Below are positions 47,501 through 51,030 of a DNA stretch of 51,030 bases, piece by piece. Location of the stretch: contig JBJMJE010000187.1 of the NCBI GenBank assembly GCA_045806505.1, positions 1 through 51,030 of the forward strand, in the 5' to 3' direction. Under the pieces are notes generated by a model. The model saw nothing but the letters and a program-made list of their open reading frames with translations. It had not been told where the DNA came from and did not search any database. This stretch comes from Gaiellaceae bacterium. GTDB lineage: Bacteria; Actinomycetota; Thermoleophilia; Gaiellales; Gaiellaceae. Every line of letters begins with the position of its first letter. Position 1 is the stretch's first letter. Position numbers and translations under genes: made by a program.

Positions 47501-49738
47501 GGTGCGACGGGAGCAACGCTCAACCTTGCAACCACCGGGAACGGCGACAAGGGAAACCAGATCGCCCTTCGCGTCACGGCGAGCGACGGCGTGAACACGA
47601 GTGCGCCGCTGACGTCGAGTTCCGTCCTCATCCTCAACTCGGCCCCGACAGCCACCGTGTCGCTCAACAACCACGCGCCGGGGACGAATGCGATCCTCAC
47701 CGCTACAGCTACACGGACCGATGCCGATGCCGACGTCGTCACGCTCACATACGTCTGGAAGGTCAACGGCGTGATCCGGAAGACGACCGCGGGCTCGGCA
47801 GCGCTCACGGACACCTTCGACCTTTCGGTGGCCGGCAACGGCGATCCAGGCGACACGATCACGGTCGAAGTGGCGCCGACCGACGGCACCGCCACCGGCG
47901 CGAGCGCAGTCGACACGGCAACGGTCGACCCGGCGCCAAACGTGCCGGCGGGGCTCACCGTCTCGCTCTCGACGACGGCGGTCTCGCTCGACTGGGCCAA
48001 CAACACCGAGACCGACCTGGCCGGGTACAACGTCTACCGCTCGGCTGCGGCGGACGGTCCGTACACGAACCTCAACGCTGCAGTGCTGACCACGTCGAGC
48101 TACGCCGACCAGACCGCGCCGGCCCAAGCGACGTCGTACTACCGCGTAACGGCGACGGACACCGGCGGCGCGGAATCGTCGCCGGCCAACACGTCCGTTT
48201 TCCGCGGCATCGCGTTCCGCGCCGCCGCGTCGGCCCAGACGAACAGCGCGAACTCCCTTGCGATCGCCCGCCCGGCCGGAACACTTGCCGGCGATGTGCT
48301 CGTCGTGGCCGTCGAGGTTCGCGGCGCGCCCACGATCACAGCACCGTCGGGCTGGACGCTCGTCCGTACCGACACCAGCGGGACGACGATCCGGCAGGCG
48401 CTGTACACCCGCGTCGCGCAGGCGACGGAGCCGGCGAGTTACACGTGGTCGTTCTCCGCCTCCCAGGCCGCGTTCGGTGTCGTCAGCAGCTATGCAGGCG
48501 TCAACACGACAGCGCCGCTCGACGGTGCGACCGGCCGTGTCAACGCGAGCTCTACCGCGATCGCAACGAACGCGTTCAACACGACCTCTCCGAGCGATGC
48601 GATCGTCGGCTTCTTCGGCACCGCGACGAACGCGTCGATCACTCCACCGAGCGGCATGACCGAGCAGCGCGAAGTGGCCGGCGGGAACAAGCAGAAAGCG
48701 GCGCTCGAGAGCGCCGACGCGCTCCAACCGCTCGCAGGTTCCACGGGCGCCCGCACCGCAACGGCCTCCGCGACGGGTGTCAACATCGGGCAGCTCGTCG
48801 CCCTTCGGCCCGCAAACAGCCCTGCTCCGACGGACTCCGAGCCTCCGACACAACCAACCGGCCTCGCTGCAAGCGCGTTCTCGTCCACCCGGATCGACCT
48901 GACGTGGACGGCATCGACCGACAACGTCGGGGTCGTCCGCTACGACATCATTCGCAGCGGAACGGGTGTCGTGGGCACGAGTACGACAACCCAGTTCAGC
49001 GACACCGGCCTCACGCCGAGCACCTCCTACACGTACACGGTTCAGGCGTTCGACGCAGCCGGAAATGCATCTCCGGTCTCTTCGTCGGCATCTGCGACGA
49101 CACAGGCGGCCGGCGGCGGAGGCTCCGGCGTCACCTTCCGCGCCGCCGCGAGCGCCTCGACGAAGAGCGGGACGACCCTGACTATCGCCCGACCGACTGG
49201 AACGCAGACGGGCGACGTGACGCTCGCCTCGATCGACGTCCGCAACGCGCCGACGGTCACTGCGCCGGCAGGATGGACGCTCGTCCTCAGTACCGCGTCG
49301 ACGGCAATTGGCAAGAGCACCTACTGGCACGTGCTCGGCGCAGGCGAACCCGCGAGCTACAACTGGACGTTCTCGTCCGCGCAGGTCGCCGCCGGCGTCA
49401 TCGTCGCCTACAGCGGCGTCGACACTCTCACGCCGATCGACACATCGAGCGGCCAGGCCAGCCCGTCCGGGACGGCGATTGCCGCTCCCTCCGTCACCGT
49501 CGGTGCTGCCGGATCGCAACTCGTCTCCCTTGTCGGAGCCGCGGCGAACGTCACCATCTCTCCGCCCAGCGGCATGACGGAGCGTTCCGAGCTCGCCGGC
49601 GGCACCGGCTCGACCAAGACCGTCAGCGAAGCGAGCGACGTCCGAGCCGGACCGGGCCCAACCGGGACCAAGAGCGCCACGGCCTCCCGTTCGGCCCCAG
49701 CCGTCGCTCAACTCGTCGTGCTTCGCGCAGCACCGTAG
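38570..49738 (+). CDS. Giant secreted multidomain protein (3,722 aa): 6 LamG/ConA-like lectin folds, 7 FN3, 2 calcineurin-like metallophosphoesterase domains, Ig/cadherin-like repeats, 2 unnamed C-terminal modules
   Basis: A single uninterrupted ORF with SD gggag. Signal-like N-terminus RRIRLRVVVAISAMLLILLPAQLGSSAPA. It has 6 copies of (A)(Q/T)FTLETWF(K/R).TG...NYFLGI...WHH.AATYDGT.W.LYLDG, 6 copies of DLAGY(N/D)(L/V)YR plus 1 divergent FN3, and 2 copies of GDNVYENG...GNHDY...WHRPRWSS...GHDHHYER. Confidence 0.9.
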   Translation: MLLGPIGGTHAKPAVRRIRLRVVVAISAMLLILLPAQLGSSAPAPRALQLNGTSQYVTFGAAPGLGAAQFTLETWFKRTGAGLGTGTGNGGITSAIPLITKGRAEAETPANLNMNYFLGIDATSGKLVADFEDTSGGTNHPFTGTTVVTNNVWHHAAATFNGTTLTLYLDGVADGSLAVTATPESSSIEHAALGTAMTSTGAAAGFFQGIIDEARIWNVARTQAQIQALKDAEVTSAPSLIGRWGLNEGGGSTVGDSTGSLNNGTTAAAPTWTSDTPTLTAAPAWNSGLYFTGVNPSHTTFGQAPNLGAAQFTLETWFKRTGTGATTTTGALTAVPLVTKGRGEADVGSNVDINYFLGLDGPTGKLAVDFEEGATGASPSANHPLVGNTVVTNNVWHHAAATYDGTTWRLYLDGVADGSLAVGQPPRADSIQHAALGTAMNSTGVAAGFFQGAMDEARIWNVARTQAQIQATKDLELPSATGLVGRWGLNEGGGTSATASAGTANGTVVNGGWVAGAPVSTDATPPAQPQGLAATPGDGSVSLNWTPNSDADLAGYNLYRATAAPVPTTGTAVNGSTLLTSPGYIDTGLSNGTTYHYVVVAVDNVGNASTASAEAVATPAPSGPHALEFNGTSQYVTMGAAPGLGAAQFTLETWFKWTGGGVATSTGSGGISAIPLVTKGRAEAEGSNVDMNYFLGINGGKLAADFEEAAGGAGPLGQNHPVTGATTITTGSWHHAAATYDGTTWRLYLDGVLDAKLAVGQPPRADSIQHAALGTAMTSAGVAAGFFAGDLDEARIWSLARTGAQIRGSRDSAIPTATGLVGRFGMDEGFGTTVGNSAGAPNGTVVGGPTWITGYAFPQDTVAPAAPAGLAATGGDGTASLSWSASAESDLAGYNLYRSTTTPVDTNGSPLNGADLIQGTSYLDGGLANGTTYHYALVAIDGSGGRSAASETTATPQPPPPTAHALEFNGSSQYVTMGAAPGLNAAQFTLETWFKRTGAGAGTSTGGGGIASAIPLMTKGRAEAEGSNVDMNYFLGIDATSGRLVADFEEGPGGAGPLGQNHPISGATLVTSNLWHHAAATYDGTTWKLYLDGVLDGTLAVGQPPRADSIQHAALGTALNSTGVAAGFFQGDLDEAHIWNYSRTGAQIRAARNSELAAAAGLVGRFGMNEGTGTTVANSAGSPNGAAVGSPNWITGYDFTQDTASPAMPANLSATADDASVALTWDANGESDLAGYDLYRSTTSPVTASGTPLNGADLIQATSYADGGLTNGTTYYYALVAVDSSDNRSAASAEASATPVQGDPVLAGAGDVAICTGTGDEDTADVLETMPTAGVFTIGDNVYENGLLSEFNSCYTPSWGRPGIKSRTRPTIGNHDYGNNSNDGGGYFDYFNGVGNFGGAAGDRDKAYYSYDVGDYWHVVVLNSECYFYTNRCSASAEEAWLRGDLAANASKNVIAMWHRPRWSSGPSRPGIPTLQPLWQTLFDYGVELLLAGHDHHYERFAPQNASGQADNVHGVREIIVGTGGAEFSSLGTTAANSEVRNNVTNGVLKLRLHQSSYDWQFVHATGGTFTDSGTDPVHSAPANTPPTATVSLSSNAPRTNDTLTATATKADADGQPVSLTFVWKVNGVATRSFTSASALTDTFSLGVAGNGDKGDLVSVEVTPNDGVVDGTTAAAQATVANTGPAFSQNLQDRTDDEGAAVSLAAPATDADTDPISYAATGLPAGLSIDASTGLISGTVSSTAATGSPYAASITATDGTATATDTDTFTWTITHPNQPPTLTSVTIDQSAPKTTDILTVTIAASDPDNDPLTYSYQWAKNGSDLAGRTSATLNLGGTGNGDRGDTITVRVVANDGAASSDPLSSVSVTVQNSAPTVSVALDNSTPGTNDTLTATATTADADGDGVAVTYVWKVNGTTKRTTTNSIGSDSFDLSVAGNGDLGDTVSVAATPDDGTATGASNSATATVVGAPAGKGLQFDGTNDYVTFGAAPSLGAATFTLETWFKRTGAGVGTNTGSGGIANAIPLVTKGRAEAEGSNVDMNYFLGIDASSGQLVADFEEGGSGTTPGQNHPVSGGTVVTSNVWHHVAATYDGTTWRLYLDGAADGSLTVGQPPRADSIQHAALGTAMNSTGVAAGSFQGVLDDARVWNYARSQAQIAATKDFEIRAMPGLIGHWPMNAGAGALLADASGGGTDGTLTNGPAWVNGFPTTPDTTAPAAPQSLVATGGDGSVALTWSASTAADLAGYNVYRSTSSPVSTLGPPLNATLLAAPSYNDGAVTNGTTYYYVVRAVDAADNASASSGEASATPQPASHALSFDGTNDYVTFGAAPQLGAATFTLETWFRRTGAGAGTSTGSGGIASAIPLVTKGRAEADGSNLDMNYFLGIDASDGTLVGDFEDTASGANHPVSGQTTVTQNVWHHAAATFDGSYWRLYLDGVLDAKLAVAATPRSDSTQHAALGSALTSTGAAAGFFAGDLDEARIWNVARTGVQIRSARNNALTSGTGLVGRFGMNEGAGTTVGNSAGSPNGTATNGPAWIAGYGFPQDTTAPAAPQSLAASPDDQSATLTWAVGTAVDLAGYDLYRSTSTPVSTSGSPVNGTDLITGTTYVDNGLTNGTAYHYALVAVDSSNNRSATSAEATATPAPGDPLLVGAGDIAKCTSSGDEATADVVETLPNAGVFTIGDNVYENGLASEWTNCYTPSWGRPGIRSRTRPTIGNHDYGNGSNTGGGYFDYFNGVGNFSGPAGDRDKAYYSYDVGVYWHVVVLNSECYFPAIATCSTSAQEQWLQSDLAANTSKNVIAMWHRPRWSSGASRPGVSILQPLWQTLYDYGAELVLAGHDHHYERFAPQNATGQADAAHGVREIIVGTGGAEFTSVGTAVTNSEARNAVTFGVLKLRLHQSSYDWQFLPAAGGTFTDSGTTAVHGMPNVAPVVDSVTIDQASPRTADTLTATITSHDLNGDPVTYARQWTKNGVDIAGATGATLNLATTGNGDKGNQIALRVTASDGVNTSAPLTSSSVLILNSAPTATVSLNNHAPGTNAILTATATRTDADADVVTLTYVWKVNGVIRKTTAGSAALTDTFDLSVAGNGDPGDTITVEVAPTDGTATGASAVDTATVDPAPNVPAGLTVSLSTTAVSLDWANNTETDLAGYNVYRSAAADGPYTNLNAAVLTTSSYADQTAPAQATSYYRVTATDTGGAESSPANTSVFRGIAFRAAASAQTNSANSLAIARPAGTLAGDVLVVAVEVRGAPTITAPSGWTLVRTDTSGTTIRQALYTRVAQATEPASYTWSFSASQAAFGVVSSYAGVNTTAPLDGATGRVNASSTAIATNAFNTTSPSDAIVGFFGTATNASITPPSGMTEQREVAGGNKQKAALESADALQPLAGSTGARTATASATGVNIGQLVALRPANSPAPTDSEPPTQPTGLAASAFSSTRIDLTWTASTDNVGVVRYDIIRSGTGVVGTSTTTQFSDTGLTPSTSYTYTVQAFDAAGNASPVSSSASATTQAAGGGGSGVTFRAAASASTKSGTTLTIARPTGTQTGDVTLASIDVRNAPTVTAPAGWTLVLSTASTAIGKSTYWHVLGAGEPASYNWTFSSAQVAAGVIVAYSGVDTLTPIDTSSGQASPSGTAIAAPSVTVGAAGSQLVSLVGAAANVTISPPSGMTERSELAGGTGSTKTVSEASDVRAGPGPTGTKSATASRSAPAVAQLVVLRAAP
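40441..44485 (+). repeat. Intragenic segmental duplication, copy 1 (LamG-FN3-LamG-FN3-phosphoesterase-Ig repeats)
   Basis: It has the same domain order as 44491-47935. The phosphoesterase domains are identical at roughly four of five residues by eye. Confidence 0.7.
44491..47935 (+). repeat. Intragenic segmental duplication, copy 2 (shorter Ig-repeat tail)
   Basis: See copy 1. This copy has 2 Ig-like repeats where copy 1 has 3 plus a He_PIG-like unit. Confidence 0.7.
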
Positions 49739-49763
49739 AGTTCAGGCACGTCCGTAACCGCGC

Positions 49764-51030
49764 TCAGCGGCGGGTGGCGACCGCCAGCTCGTCGGCGAGC
49801 GGTCCGGCGAGGAAGCGCGAATAGGTGACCGTGATGTGCGTCTTGTCGCGGTACGTGATGATCGTCCCGACGACGGTAGGGCACAGGCCGCGCGCGCAGA
49901 ACCACTGCAGCGTGCCGACGTATTCTGCGTGCGCCGCGATCGCCGCGCGTCGTACCGACGAGTACGCTGCCGCCTCGTCCGGCGTGACGGCAAATGCGCA
50001 GGAGCCGAGCGTGGCGCCGGGAGCGAGCAGGCAGTCGAGCGCGTCTCGACTGCGCGCCGGCGGATCCTCGATGACAGTCAAATGGCGGGTGAGCGGTGCG
50101 AAGTCGCGCACCTCGCGCGCGACAGCCGCGACGCCGCCCGGTCCCCAGGCCGACCAGTACTGGGACAGCACAACGGCCTGCGGGTGAAGACGCCGCACCT
50201 GCCGGAGCGCCCAGGCATACCACGTTGCGCAGTTGCCGGAGCGCATGACCGACGGAACGCACCCGGTCTTGATCAGCGGTACGAGCCGCCAGTGATAGCG
50301 CACGGCGAACCGCACGAACGCCGGCATCCACATCGCTGCGTGTGAATCGCCGAGCACGACCACACGTCGGCGAGCGGTCTTGTCGCCGAGCTTGCAGACG
50401 GTCGAGCTCGTGGTGCGGGCGGTCGACACGCAATCATTCAGCGCGTACGTGTCGTGGAGTAGCTGCCCGAGCGGCGGGGCTAGAGCGTCCGGAACCGGCT
50501 CGCGCAGGCGTGCCGGTGCGACGCTCTCGAGCAGCGCCACACGCAGACTCTTCCGGTTGACGGGGAGCGCCTGCCCGGTCGCGTGGCCGCGTGCCCGGTC
50601 GCCGGCGAGGCTGGGCGCGGCAGCGCTCGGCGTCACGAGCGACGCCGTCCCGAGCGCGGCCGCCAGGAGGACCGCCGACACGCTGACCGGCCACAGCGCG
50701 AGCGCCGGCCGCCGTCGCCGGAGCCGGCGCGCGTGACGTAGCGGGTTCTCGTACACCCGGTACGTGGCGTAGCTCAGCGCAAAGGCGAGCGCGAGCAACA
50801 CGAGATTCTGGACCAGCGAGAGGGGGTGGCCAGCGTATTGCGCAGCGATCGCCAGCGGCGGCCAGTGCCAGAGATAGAACCCGTACGAGACGTCGCCGAG
50901 GGGCCGGAGCGGCGCGCGAGCGAGGATTAGCGTTGCGCCGGCACGGCATCCGGATGTCGCGCCGCCGGCGACGACCAGCCCGGCCGCGACAACCGGCAGC
51001 AGCGCCGCGGTGCCGGGGAACGGTGTGCCG
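49764..51030 (-). CDS. Acyltransferase family 3 with SGNH-like C-terminal domain, paralog of 3961-5967 (5' end beyond the window)
   Basis: The frame is open from 51030 (GTPFPGTAALLPVVAAGLVV...DVSYGFYLWHWPPLAIAAQY...) through LSYATYRVYENPLRHARRL to the stop at 49764. It is collinear with residues from about 255 to the end of the first paralog. Confidence 0.85.
   Translation of the reverse strand, partial: GTPFPGTAALLPVVAAGLVVAGGATSGCRAGATLILARAPLRPLGDVSYGFYLWHWPPLAIAAQYAGHPLSLVQNLVLLALAFALSYATYRVYENPLRHARRLRRRRPALALWPVSVSAVLLAAALGTASLVTPSAAAPSLAGDRARGHATGQALPVNRKSLRVALLESVAPARLREPVPDALAPPLGQLLHDTYALNDCVSTARTTSSTVCKLGDKTARRRVVVLGDSHAAMWMPAFVRFAVRYHWRLVPLIKTGCVPSVMRSGNCATWYAWALRQVRRLHPQAVVLSQYWSAWGPGGVAAVAREVRDFAPLTRHLTVIEDPPARSRDALDCLLAPGATLGSCAFAVTPDEAAAYSSVRRAAIAAHAEYVGTLQWFCARGLCPTVVGTIITYRDKTHITVTYSRFLAGPLADELAVATRR

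Noticed and set aside
38700-47950. Regular ~0.7-1 kb periodicity that might suggest a repeat array or CRISPR-like structure
   Set aside because: The periodicity comes from coding domain repeats (LamG, FN3, Ig-like) in one long ORF. There are no short direct repeats with unique spacers.
40067-49824. Several 500-1,100-aa ORFs on both strands inside the giant gene (40067..41980-, 42299..43894-, 44543..46231-, 47255..49711-, 46543..49824+)
   Set aside because: All are Arg/Gly/Asp-rich off-frame or antisense translations. Only the 38570..49738 frame yields recognisable domains continuously.

Overview
Very GC-rich, actinobacterial-type chromosomal DNA with dense coding on both strands. I found no rRNA, CRISPR array, transposase or integrase. 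About 40 genes are supportable. Left part: a cupin protein (248-898); a large membrane-anchored protein with a DUF4015 glycoside-hydrolase-like barrel and a CE4 deacetylase (934-3819); an OafA-type acyltransferase-3/SGNH protein (3961-5967); an esterase; a lipoprotein; and a secreted PIG-L/LmbE deacetylase fused to carbohydrate-binding modules (7581-10760). A translationally coupled sugar operon follows at 11017-17455: GH4 6-phospho-beta-glucosidase, PfkB kinase, and a CUT1 ABC transporter with its own ATPase. The middle is a patchwork of small genes and gene remnants: GNAT, DUF2182, DUF899, a DRG-like GTPase, a SARP/NB-ARC/TPR regulator, two paralogous APH-like kinases, a DUF2268 zinc-protease lipoprotein, a Tat-dependent GMC oxidoreductase pair, DUF2254, dodecin, an NhaA-DsbA fusion and a collagen-like protein. 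Four decayed genes sit among them: an alpha-amylase-family remnant, a GNAT remnant, a DUF899 remnant and a frameshifted CysO-like sulfur carrier. The right 11 kb is one ORF (38570-49738) for a 3,722-aa secreted mosaic with 6 LamG folds, 7 FN3 domains, 2 metallophosphoesterase domains, Ig-like repeats and 2 unnamed C-terminal modules. It is followed by a second acyltransferase-3/SGNH paralog that runs off the right edge. The observations most worth a second look are: (1) the giant mosaic protein and its unnamed duplicated C-terminal module; (2) two related tRNA-like elements about 5.4 kb apart that bracket a block rich in gene remnants; (3) an unannotated 52-codon secreted two-Cys peptide gene downstream of an APH-like kinase and convergent with the SARP regulator; (4) an orphan CysO-like beta-grasp gene with a 12-residue tail after its Gly-Gly; and (5) a GH4 + kinase + ABC (non-PTS) sugar route flanked by secreted de-N-acetylases. 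All family names come from reading motifs by eye and memory. No database search was run.
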